Part shown: one piece after another, positions 34,330-42,989 of the stretch
Layout of the letters: every line of letters starts with the position of its first letter
Position numbering within the stretch: the stretch's first letter is position 1
Assembly (NCBI GenBank): GCA_902801055.1
Contig: CADCGS010000002.1
Span: forward strand, 1 to 42,989
Length of the DNA stretch: 42,989 nucleotides
Source of the DNA: an uncultured Ruminococcus sp.
Lineage (GTDB): Bacteria > Bacillota > Clostridia > Oscillospirales > Acutalibacteraceae
Direction of reading: 5' to 3'
Notes under the pieces: model-generated
Database searches by the model: none
Seen by the model: the letters and a program-made list of their open reading frames with translations, nothing else
Told to the model about the DNA's origin: nothing
Translations under genes and position numbers: made by a program

Positions 34330-36267
34330 TCAGTTATTGCTGTTTCTTGTATAATCAAGCAGGCCGCCTGCGAGGATGATATCTCTTGTTCTGTCGGAAA
34401 GCTCGCAAAGAACAGCGATTTCCTTGCCGTTAGTCTTATTGATGAGCTTCAGCTCCTCTTTGCCGTCAGCGATAAGAGCGCGTACATCCGGCAGAGAAAG
34501 CTCATCGCCCTCGCTGATGCTGTCATAATCAGCCTCATTCACGAATGTAAGCGGAAGGATACCGGCATTGATAAGGTTAGCTCTGTGTATTCTTGCGAAG
34601 GATTTTACGACAACAGCCTTTACGCCGAGATAAAGCGGAGCAAGAGCCGCGTGTTCACGGGAGCTGCCCTGACCGTAGTTTACGCCGCCGACGATAATGC
34701 TTGCACCGAGCTTCTTTGCTCTTTCGGGGAAATCCTTGTCGCATACGGTAAAGCAGTGCTGTGAAATAGCCGGGATATTTGAACGCAGCGGGAGTATCTT
34801 TGCGCCTGCGGGCATGATATGGTCGGTAGTGATATTGTCGCCTACTTTCAGAGAGCAGGGAACGTCGATGCTGTCCGCAAGAGGAGCAGTTTCCGGATAA
34901 GGCTTGATATTCGGACCTCTGAGTATTTCAATGCTGTCCATTTCCTCAACGGGAGCCGGAGAAATGACCATATTGTCGTTATAATCGAATTTCTCGGGAA
35001 GCGGGATATCAACAGCCTCGCCGAGAGTTCTCGGGTCGGTGAATACGCCTGTCAGAGCCGAAGCTGCTGCTGTCTCGGGGCTTACGAGGTAGATCTGACC
35101 GTCGCGTGTACCGCTTCTGCCCTCGAAATTACGGTTGAAGGTACGCAGGGAGATACCCTTGCTGTTAGGTGACTGACCCATGCCTATGCACGGACCGCAC
35201 GCACATTCGAGTATTCTTGCGCCAGCCTCGATGATATCTGCAAGAGCGCCGTTTCTTGCGAGCATATTGTAGACCTGCTTTGAGCCAGGAGCAATAGCAA
35301 GAGAAACACCGTCAGCGACCGTCTTGCCCTTGAGGATAGCCGCAACGCGCATAAGATCGAGATAAGAAGAATTTGTGCATGATCCGATACAGACCTGATC
35401 GACCTTCTGACCGCTGAGCTCCTCAATAGTTTTGATATTGTCGGGGCTGTGGGGGCAGGCTGCCATAGGAACGAGCTTTGACAGATCAATGTCGATAACC
35501 TCATCATATACTGCATCAGCGTCAGCGCTAAGCTCTGTCCAGTCCTCTTCCCTGCCCTGAGCCTTCATAAATGCCTTAGTGATCTCATCGGACGGGAAAA
35601 CGGAGGTAGTCGCGCCAAGCTCTGCGCCCATATTGGTAATAGTAGCGCGTTCCGGGACGGTAAGAGTTTTAACGCCTTCTCCGCCGTATTCGATGATCTT
35701 GCCGACGCCGCCCTTTACGGACATAATGCGAAGAACTTCAAGAATGATATCCTTTGCGGACACCCACGGCCGGAGCTTGCCGGAGAGATTAATGCGGACC
35801 ATTTTCGGCATTGATATGTAGTAAGCGCCGCCGCCCATTGCAACTGCAACATCAAGACCGCCCGCACCGATAGCGAGCATACCGATACCGCCGCCTGTAG
35901 GGGTATGGCTGTCCGAACCGATAAGTGTCTTACCGGGCTTGCCGAAGCGTTCAAGGTGAACCTGGTGGCAGATACCGTTGCCGGGACGGGAGAAATATAT
36001 TCCGTGTTTTTTGCATACAGACTGGATAAAGCGGTGGTCGTCCGCATTTTCAAATCCGGTCTGGAGAGTATTATGATCAATATAAGCAACACTTTTCTCG
36101 GTCTTTACTCTCGGAACTCCGATAGCCTCAAATTCGAGATAAGCCATTGTGCCGGTAGCATCCTGAGTAAGTGTCTGGTCTATTTTCAGACCGACCTCGC
36201 TGCCGACTGTCATCTCACCGCTGAGCAGGTGAGCCTTAATGATTTTCTGAGCTATTGTATAACCCAT
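34330..36267 (-). CDS. Aconitate hydratase
   Basis: IGSDSHTPTGG, IGSCTNSS and ACGPCIGMGQ are Fe-S ligand motifs. AGGAGGAAGG RBS lies before the ATG at 36267. Confidence 0.85.
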   Translation of the reverse strand: MGYTIAQKIIKAHLLSGEMTVGSEVGLKIDQTLTQDATGTMAYLEFEAIGVPRVKTEKSVAYIDHNTLQTGFENADDHRFIQSVCKKHGIYFSRPGNGICHQVHLERFGKPGKTLIGSDSHTPTGGGIGMLAIGAGGLDVAVAMGGGAYYISMPKMVRINLSGKLRPWVSAKDIILEVLRIMSVKGGVGKIIEYGGEGVKTLTVPERATITNMGAELGATTSVFPSDEITKAFMKAQGREEDWTELSADADAVYDEVIDIDLSKLVPMAACPHSPDNIKTIEELSGQKVDQVCIGSCTNSSYLDLMRVAAILKGKTVADGVSLAIAPGSKQVYNMLARNGALADIIEAGARILECACGPCIGMGQSPNSKGISLRTFNRNFEGRSGTRDGQIYLVSPETAAASALTGVFTDPRTLGEAVDIPLPEKFDYNDNMVISPAPVEEMDSIEILRGPNIKPYPETAPLADSIDVPCSLKVGDNITTDHIMPAGAKILPLRSNIPAISQHCFTVCDKDFPERAKKLGASIIVGGVNYGQGSSREHAALAPLYLGVKAVVVKSFARIHRANLINAGILPLTFVNEADYDSISEGDELSLPDVRALIADGKEELKLINKTNGKEIAVLCELSDRTRDIILAGGLLDYTRNSNN

Positions 36268-36363
36268 AAATCCTTCCTCCTTTAATTTATGATATAGCAT
36301 AATTCTATAATTACACTATTATATTATCTTACAAATCTCCCAATTTGTCAATATCATAATTAA

Positions 36364-36380
36364 GGCAACACCGCAGCAAA
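36364..36380. repeat. Solo terminus of the MITE/REP-like element
   Basis: ttaa|ggcaacaccgcagcaaa. Confidence 0.4.
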
Positions 36381-36401
36381 TAATTTTTGAATATTGTCCT
36401 G

Positions 36402-36439
36402 AAAAAAAAGCACTGCACGAGTTTTTGCTCATGCAGTGC
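36402..36439 (-). terminator. Rho-independent terminator of tuf
   Basis: On the minus strand: gcactgcatgag caaaaa ctcgtgcagtgc followed by tttttttt. Confidence 0.85.
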
Positions 36440-36470
36440 GATAGTTTATTAACAAAACCGTAAGCCGGAA

Positions 36471-37673
36471 TTATTCGTAGATCTTGGAAACAACGCCTGA
36501 ACCTACTGTGTGGCCGCCTTCACGGATAGCGAAACGGAGACCGTCTTCCATAGCGATCGGCTTGATAAGCTCAACGTCCATATCAACGTTATCGCCAGGC
36601 ATACACATCTCTGTGCCTTCCGGAAGAGTGATAACGCCTGTAACGTCAGTTGTTCTGAAATAGAACTGCGGACGATAGTTGCTGAAGAAAGGTGTGGAAC
36701 GGCCGCCCTCGTCCTTGGTCAGTACATAAACGTGACCCTGGAACTTTGTGTGGGGATGAACTGAACCCGGCTTAGCAATAACCTGGCCGCGCTCGATCTC
36801 GTTCTTCTGAACACCACGGAGAAGTACGCCTACGTTGTCGCCAGCCTCAGCGAAGTCCAGAGTCTTTCTGAACATCTCAAGACCTGTAACAACAGACTTT
36901 CTCTTCTCTTCTGAAAGACCAACGATCTCGATTTCCTCAGAAACCTTGATCTGACCTCTCTCAACTCTACCAGTTGCAACAGTACCACGACCAGAGATCG
37001 TAAATACGTCCTCAACAGGCATAAGGAAGGGCTTGTCAGTTGTTCTCTCAGGAGTCGGGATATATTCGTCAACAGCAGCCATAAGCTCATGGATGCAAGC
37101 ATACTCGGGAGCAGCCGGATCCTTGCTTGCGCTGTCAAGAGCCTTGAAAGCAGAACCGCGGATGATCGGAATGTCATCGCCCGGGAAGTCATACTCGCTG
37201 AGGAGCTCACGGATCTCCATCTCTACGAGGTCGAGAAGCTCTTCATCGTCAACCTGGTCAGTCTTGTTCATGAATACTACGATGTACGGTACACCAACCT
37301 GACGTGAGAGAAGGATGTGCTCTCTTGTCTGGGGCATCGGACCATCAGCAGCAGATACAACGAGGATAGCACCATCCATCTGAGCTGCACCTGTGATCAT
37401 GTTCTTAACGTAGTCAGCATGACCGGGGCAGTCAACGTGTGCATAGTGACGGTTAGCAGTTTCATACTCAACGTGAGCAGTGTTGATCGTGATACCACGC
37501 TCTCTCTCTTCGGGAGCCTTATCGATGTTAGCGTAATCAACGAATTCAGCGTCGCCTTCGAGGTTGAGAACCTTTGTGATAGCAGCTGTAAGTGTAGTCT
37601 TGCCGTGGTCAACATGGCCGATTGTACCAATGTTTACGTGCGGCTTACTTCTGTTAAATTTTTCCTTAGCCAT
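36471..37673 (-). CDS. tuf: Elongation factor Tu
   Basis: [33 protein letters not shown]... Confidence 0.97.
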   Translation of the reverse strand: MAKEKFNRSKPHVNIGTIGHVDHGKTTLTAAITKVLNLEGDAEFVDYANIDKAPEERERGITINTAHVEYETANRHYAHVDCPGHADYVKNMITGAAQMDGAILVVSAADGPMPQTREHILLSRQVGVPYIVVFMNKTDQVDDEELLDLVEMEIRELLSEYDFPGDDIPIIRGSAFKALDSASKDPAAPEYACIHELMAAVDEYIPTPERTTDKPFLMPVEDVFTISGRGTVATGRVERGQIKVSEEIEIVGLSEEKRKSVVTGLEMFRKTLDFAEAGDNVGVLLRGVQKNEIERGQVIAKPGSVHPHTKFQGHVYVLTKDEGGRSTPFFSNYRPQFYFRTTDVTGVITLPEGTEMCMPGDNVDMDVELIKPIAMEDGLRFAIREGGHTVGSGVVSKIYE

Positions 37674-37800
37674 TGGATTGTTCCTCCTATAAATAAATAT
37701 TTCAATGCATTGCACCTTGTTCTTATTTTAGCAACAATAAGAACAAAATGCAAGCTTTTTGATAAATTTTTATGGAAAATTATTGAAGGATACCCTTTAA

Positions 37801-39906
37801 TCAATCTTCCTTCTTTGTGCGGGCAGTAATGATACCGTCAGCGATATTCTTCGGAACCTCAGCATAGTTGTTCGGCTCCATTACATACTGACCTCTGCCC
37901 TGTGTCTTGGAACGCATATCGGTAGCGTAGCCGAACATCTCTGAAAGCGGGACCATAGCTACGATCCTCTGTGCTCCTGCAACAGCCTCCATGCCCTGGA
38001 TCATGCCGCGGCGGGAGTTGAGGTCGCCGATAACGTCGCCCATGTATTCTTCAGGAACTGTAACAGTAACCTTCATGATAGGCTCAAGAATAACCGGATC
38101 AGCCTTCTTCATACCGCTCTTGAACGCCATAGAACCAGCGATCTTGAACGCCATTTCAGAGGAGTCGACCTCATGATATGAACCATCGTAAAGTGTTACC
38201 TTGACATCAACAACATTGTAGTTTGCAAGTACGCCGCTGAGCATAGCGCCCTGGATACCTGCGTCTACAGCCGGGATGTATTCCTTCGGGATTGCGCCGC
38301 CGACTACAGCATTGACAAATTCGTAGCCCTTGCCCGGGTTCGGCTCCATACGGATCTTGACATGACCGTACTGACCCTTACCGCCTGACTGACGGGCATA
38401 TTTCTCGTCAACATCAGAGTTCTTGCGGATCGTCTCTTTGTAAGCAACCTGCGGCTTACCGATATTAGCCTCGACCTTGAATTCACGGAGAAGTCTGTCT
38501 ACGATGATCTCAAGGTGAAGCTCACCCATGCCGGCGATAATTGTCTGACCGGTCTCTTCGTCTGTATAAGCCTTGAAGGTCGGGTCTTCTTCTGCGAGCT
38601 TTGCAAGAGCGATACCCATCTTCTCCTGACCTGCCTTGGTCTTGGGCTCGATAGCAACACGGATAACCGGATCCGGGAATTCCATGGATTCGAGGATGAC
38701 CGGATGAGCCTCATCGCAGAGTGTATCACCTGTAGTTGTATTCTTCAGACCTACTGCAGCAGCGATATCGCCCGCATAAACGGTTTCGATATCCTTTCTG
38801 TGGTTGGAATGCATCTGGAGGATACGACCGATACGCTCGTTATTATCCTTTGTGGAATTGTATACGGTAGAACCTGCATTGAGCTTACCTGCATATACGC
38901 GGAAGAATGCAAGCTTACCTACGAACGGGTCTGTAGCGATCTTGAATGCCAGAGCAGCGAACGGAAGCTCGTCGCTGGATTCGATCTCGACCTCTTCCTC
39001 TGTTTCAGGGTTGATACCCTTGATAGCCGGAACATCTGTCGGAGCCGGCATATAGTCTACGATAGCGTCGAGCAGCTTCTGTACGCCCTTGTTACGGTAA
39101 GAAGTACCGCAGGTAACGGGAACCATCGTGTTGTCGATCGTGGACTTACGGATAACTCTCTTGATATCTTCGATGGAAGGCTCTTCGCCGTCCTCGAGAT
39201 ATTTCTCCATGAGTTCCTCGTCCTGCTCAACAACGTGCTCAACGAGTTCGGAATGATATTTCTCAGCGAGTTCCTTCATATCCTCGGGGATCTCCTCGAC
39301 TCTCATATCCTTGCCGAGATCGTCATAATAAACGTCAGCATTCATTTCGATGAGGTCTACGATGCCCTTGAAGGTATCCTCGGAGCCGATCGGGAGCTGG
39401 ATCGGAACAGCATTACATTTAAGTCTGTCTCTCATCATGGAAACAACGCGGTAGAAATCGGCACCCATGATATCCATCTTATTGACGTATGCCATACGCG
39501 GTACCTTATATTTATCTGCCTGGCGCCATACTGTTTCCGACTGAGGCTCAACGCCGCCCTTTGCGCAGAGAACCGTTACCGAGCCGTCGAGTACACGGAG
39601 TGAACGCTCAACTTCTACGGTAAAGTCAACGTGGCCGGGGGTGTCGATGATATTGATTCTGTGTCTGCCCTTGTCATGCTTGGTTCCTTCCCAATAGCAG
39701 GTAGTAGCAGCAGAAGTAATTGTGATACCTCTTTCCTGTTCCTGTACCATCCAGTCCATGGTGGAAGCACCGTCATGTGTTTCACCGATCTTATGGTTGA
39801 TACCGGTATAGAAAAGGATACGCTCTGTAGTAGTCGTCTTACCGGCATCAATATGAGCCATGATACCGATATTTCTTGTTTTTTCAAGCGAAACTTCTCT
39901 TGCCAT
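37801..39906 (-). CDS. fusA: Elongation factor G
   Basis: [35 protein letters not shown]... Confidence 0.97.
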   Translation of the reverse strand: MAREVSLEKTRNIGIMAHIDAGKTTTTERILFYTGINHKIGETHDGASTMDWMVQEQERGITITSAATTCYWEGTKHDKGRHRINIIDTPGHVDFTVEVERSLRVLDGSVTVLCAKGGVEPQSETVWRQADKYKVPRMAYVNKMDIMGADFYRVVSMMRDRLKCNAVPIQLPIGSEDTFKGIVDLIEMNADVYYDDLGKDMRVEEIPEDMKELAEKYHSELVEHVVEQDEELMEKYLEDGEEPSIEDIKRVIRKSTIDNTMVPVTCGTSYRNKGVQKLLDAIVDYMPAPTDVPAIKGINPETEEEVEIESSDELPFAALAFKIATDPFVGKLAFFRVYAGKLNAGSTVYNSTKDNNERIGRILQMHSNHRKDIETVYAGDIAAAVGLKNTTTGDTLCDEAHPVILESMEFPDPVIRVAIEPKTKAGQEKMGIALAKLAEEDPTFKAYTDEETGQTIIAGMGELHLEIIVDRLLREFKVEANIGKPQVAYKETIRKNSDVDEKYARQSGGKGQYGHVKIRMEPNPGKGYEFVNAVVGGAIPKEYIPAVDAGIQGAMLSGVLANYNVVDVKVTLYDGSYHEVDSSEMAFKIAGSMAFKSGMKKADPVILEPIMKVTVTVPEEYMGDVIGDLNSRRGMIQGMEAVAGAQRIVAMVPLSEMFGYATDMRSKTQGRGQYVMEPNNYAEVPKNIADGIITARTKKED

Positions 39907-39959
39907 ATGTATCCTCCTTATTTATTCATGCAGCGCTGCGCTGCACGTCACTGAAACGA

Positions 39960-40430
39960 TTACCATCTGTAGTGTGCGAATGCCTTATTAGCCTCTGCCA
40001 TTCTGTGTGTTTCGTCACACTTCTTTGCAGCACCGCCGATACCGTTTACAGCATCAAGGATCTCGCCGGCAAGTCTTTCTTTCATTGTCTTTTCTGATCT
40101 CTCTCTGGAATAGCGTGAGATCCAGCGAAGACCGAGTGTCTGTCTTCTCTCAGGACGAACCTCCATAGGTACCTGATAGGTAGCACCGCCGACACGGCGA
40201 GCCTTTACCTCAAGAGTAGGCATTACTCTTTCCATAGCCTCCTCGAATACTTCGAGAGCCTCTTTTCCTGTTTTCTCGGTGATGATATCGAATGCACCGT
40301 ATACGATCTTCTGGGCAACACCCTTCTTACCGTCGTACATGATATTGTTGATCAGACGAGTGACAAGCTTTGAATTATAAACCGGATCCGGCAAAACGTC
40401 ACGTTTTGCAACATTACCTCTTCTTGGCAC
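39960..40430 (-). CDS. rpsG: 30S ribosomal protein S7
   Basis: (V/M)[27 protein letters not shown]... The start is GTG at 40430, preceded by GAAGGAGGG. Confidence 0.95.
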   Translation of the reverse strand: MPRRGNVAKRDVLPDPVYNSKLVTRLINNIMYDGKKGVAQKIVYGAFDIITEKTGKEALEVFEEAMERVMPTLEVKARRVGGATYQVPMEVRPERRQTLGLRWISRYSRERSEKTMKERLAGEILDAVNGIGGAAKKCDETHRMAEANKAFAHYRW

Positions 40431-40573
40431 TTTACTTCCCTCCTTCACAATAGTGGTGATTTCATAGGTACTCGAAAGGATCACTTCCGTCAGCACAGAG
40501 AGACCATTTTATATATAAAACATACATCTCTGTATTGCATTTAGTCTATCCTTAAGAATTGTTTGTCGGCAGA

Positions 40574-40996
40574 TTATTTCTTGCCTGCCTTCGGACGCTT
40601 AGCGCCGTACTTGGATCTTGCCTGCATACGCTTTGCAACGCCCTGTGCATCAAGCGTACCTCTGATGATGTGGTAACGCACACCAGGGAGATCCTTTACA
40701 CGGCCGCCTCTGATAAGAACAACGCTGTGCTCCTGAAGGTTATGGCCGATACCGGGAATGTAGGATGTGACCTCGATACCGTTGGAAAGTCTTACTCTGG
40801 CGATCTTACGGATAGCTGAGTTAGGCTTCTTAGGTGTAGCGGTCTTGACAGCCGTACAAACGCCTCTCTTCTGGGGAGAATTCTGGTTGATAGCTCTTCT
40901 CTTCTTGGAGTTCCAGCCCTTGAGCAGTGCAGGAGCCTTAGCCTTCTTCTCGGAAACTTCTCTTCCCTTACGAACTAACTGGTTAAACGTAGGCAT
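40574..40996 (-). CDS. rpsL: 30S ribosomal protein S12
   Basis: [13 protein letters not shown]...[19 protein letters not shown]... Confidence 0.97.
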   Translation of the reverse strand: MPTFNQLVRKGREVSEKKAKAPALLKGWNSKKRRAINQNSPQKRGVCTAVKTATPKKPNSAIRKIARVRLSNGIEVTSYIPGIGHNLQEHSVVLIRGGRVKDLPGVRYHIIRGTLDAQGVAKRMQARSKYGAKRPKAGKK

Positions 40997-41323
40997 TCAT
41001 TGCACCTCCTTGCTTATTTTCTATATAAAGCAGGCAGCCGATAGTCTTTATGCATTATTACTGTTATTATCCACAATCAACATTCTTTTTTTGTTGTGAA
41101 TAACGACAGTTTTTACATAATCCGGCTACTCGCCTACAAGTATTCATTCTACCACATAACAGCTTTCATTGTCAAGAATTTTTTTGCCTGTAAGGTGCAG
41201 AAAATGCAGAAACGGCAAAATAATATAATTGCCGTTTCTGCGGTGAAGATATCATATTGCTATGGTTTCATCATAATAGCCGTGAGAGCCGTCAGAATGT
41301 GCAAGATTACACAGTTTACCATA

Positions 41324-42989
41324 TTAATTTATGATCTGCTCCATAATGTATGGATCTTTTATTTTTCCGTCCTCTGCAAAGGTAAGCACCTTTGTCATGA
41401 TCTCTGCGGTTTTCGGATCCTCGTCTATAAAAGGAAGGAAGAGCTTGCTCTTTTTGCCGCTGCTGACAGCAAGAACATTGATCTGATGTCCTCCGAGCTT
41501 ATGTATCACACCGCTGCCGAGATGAACGGAGTAGGTACCGTATTTTCCGTCAATGAGGGCATGATTCTTTTCAAAGCGGACGTTTTTAATGCCGAACAGG
41601 TCAAGGTTAAAGCTGAGTATAACACGCCGCATCTCAACGGTAGAATGAGTAGTTTCGGGATCAACTCCGCCCGCATGGGCAACGCTTACCGCTAAATCCA
41701 CATCACGCATGATCTCAGAATATATTACATCGGGGATCCCGGAAAAACTGAGCAGCTTTCCGGTTTTCCTGTCGTAGAAAAATACACCCTCAAGAGTCGG
41801 CGCTTCGATATCTCCCGGCGAGAACCAGTCAGCCTGTGCATAAATTGACGCTATGATATTGTCCCTGTAATAGATCTTCTGCAAGCCGTCCTCGTAATCT
41901 TCGGCCCAGCGGCGGCTTTTCAGTGCGCCGACTGTGCGCTTGGTCTGTATCTGATAGCCCGCAAACATAAGGCTGCGATCCTTGTTCAATTCCTCGGGCA
42001 GCTTTACATACAGCTCACGGAATACCTGACGGAACGGCTGTTTCCTGCCTTCGCTGCTTCCGAGAGACAGCAGCATCTTCTGATAATCAGACCATGTGCC
42101 GTTTTTGTAAAGATCAAAGGGGTGTGCGACACGCAGCTTTGTTTCTTCGCTGATGCAGTGAATCTCTCCGTTCTGATCAGAAAGCCCCTCCCCTGTCGGC
42201 AGTCCGCTGATCTTTGCATCTTCGTCATTGATAAAAACAAGGTTCTCGGTTATAGCCCTTGTTACGGGATTTTCGCTCAGTCTTTTCAGCTCCCCGAAGG
42301 CAAACAGGTCACGCTCCTCCATAGCTGCTTCAAACATTTTTACAGTGCGGCTGTACTGCTGACGGAGCTTATCACAGAATTCCTTTATCAGCAGGAAATC
42401 TTTGTTTTTCTTCAATGCTGCCGGAACGGATCTCAGCTTCTTACCGTCCTTTTCTATTGTTATAGCAGCCTTTCCGAATGTATCGACCGTGATTTTTACA
42501 TCATAGTCTGAAATATTTGTCGGCTCAAAATAACCGCTGTTTTCCTGCACAAGTGCCGTTTCCATAGAAAGCGTCAGTCTTGTTTCATCGCTGTAGCCTG
42601 CCGTCACTGCAAGGTTTTTGAGCGCAAAGGCACAGGCTTCGCGTTCGCTTGCTCTGCGCTGTGCGTCGAACTGCCTGCTTTCCTTCAGATATTTCTGTAT
42701 AAATTCATATCTCTGCAAAATATCCGCTTTATCCTTTGAAGGGATTATCGCAAGCGCCATGAGAAGGTCTTTGTTTCTCTTGTCGCTTATAGTTTTTTCG
42801 GTTTCGGCAATGTCCATTTTGCCGAGAGCCGCATCTGCATATTTCCTTGCGCGGGTATGTCTGTTGCTTGAAGAGGAATATTTTGCGCTTTTACCTGAAT
42901 CCGTGAAACTCAGCAAGCAACAAAGCGCTGCACCAGTCCCAAAAAGGTATTCGCCCAGGCATTGCTTCTGCTGATAGAAAGAAAAAGCT
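41324..42989 (-). CDS. DUF4132-type large protein (MolR/YehI-like), C-terminal part; the 5' end lies beyond the window
   Basis: The reading frame stays open to the window edge. The C-terminal pattern ...YSVHLGSGVIHKLGGHQINVL...LPFIDEDPKTAEIMTKVLTFAEDGKIKDPYIMEQI resembles DUF4132 C-termini as recalled from memory. Confidence 0.6.
   Translation of the reverse strand, partial: AFSFYQQKQCLGEYLFGTGAALCCLLSFTDSGKSAKYSSSSNRHTRARKYADAALGKMDIAETEKTISDKRNKDLLMALAIIPSKDKADILQRYEFIQKYLKESRQFDAQRRASEREACAFALKNLAVTAGYSDETRLTLSMETALVQENSGYFEPTNISDYDVKITVDTFGKAAITIEKDGKKLRSVPAALKKNKDFLLIKEFCDKLRQQYSRTVKMFEAAMEERDLFAFGELKRLSENPVTRAITENLVFINDEDAKISGLPTGEGLSDQNGEIHCISEETKLRVAHPFDLYKNGTWSDYQKMLLSLGSSEGRKQPFRQVFRELYVKLPEELNKDRSLMFAGYQIQTKRTVGALKSRRWAEDYEDGLQKIYYRDNIIASIYAQADWFSPGDIEAPTLEGVFFYDRKTGKLLSFSGIPDVIYSEIMRDVDLAVSVAHAGGVDPETTHSTVEMRRVILSFNLDLFGIKNVRFEKNHALIDGKYGTYSVHLGSGVIHKLGGHQINVLAVSSGKKSKLFLPFIDEDPKTAEIMTKVLTFAEDGKIKDPYIMEQIIN

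Noticed and set aside
1-42989. Reassignment of TAA to a sense codon as the explanation for the three in-frame TAA codons.
   Set aside because: tuf, rpsL, rpsG, icd and speE all terminate with TAA exactly at their expected, conserved C-termini. TAA must therefore function as a stop.
1-42989. Prophage, integrative element or defence island.
   Set aside because: No integrase, transposase, recombinase, restriction-modification, Cas, toxin-antitoxin or phage structural genes could be recognised. Gene content is core metabolism, translation, cell envelope and signalling.

Overview
43-kb chromosomal window from a moderate-GC Clostridia genome. EF-Tu, BspA-type LRR surface proteins and starch-binding modules look Oscillospiraceae/Ruminococcus-like, but that assignment is inference only. 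About 32 genes are present. They include rqcH, nif3 and trmK, a DUF1858 redox protein, a CBM26-type starch-binding surface protein and a guanine deaminase. Three c-di-GMP signalling proteins are present, along with an RsbW-like kinase plus SpoIIE/PP2C phosphatase pair and a GGGtGRT + NifU-like pair. Two paralogous LRR/Y_Y_Y surface proteins are followed by murC and a polyamine operon (speD, speA, speE, carboxynorspermidine dehydrogenase). The rest comprises a mecA-like adaptor, a MotA/ExbB-ExbD-like three-gene cluster, icd and acn, the str operon (rpsL-rpsG-fusA-tuf) and a partial DUF4132 gene. I found no tRNA, rRNA, CRISPR array, transposase, integrase or recognisable phage or defence genes. 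Four things deserve a second look. (1) Six genes carry eight point lesions: five single in-frame stop codons (three TAA, two TAG, one in murC) and three 1-nt frameshifts (two in 7-nt homopolymers). No gene in the window terminates with TAG. (2) A family of intergenic palindromic MITE/REP-like elements (termini GGCAACACCGCACAAAG) occurs at 8 or more sites, plus a larger composite inverted repeat flanking about 14.7 kb. (3) A MotA/ExbB-type proton channel sits with a split ExbD-like partner in a presumably monoderm organism. (4) A GC-rich structured island lies between a promoter and a 1300-aa REC/HD-GYP/GGDEF/EAL gene, and inverted heptamer-repeat arrays bracket speE. All identities and alignments were made by eye; nothing was computed or searched.
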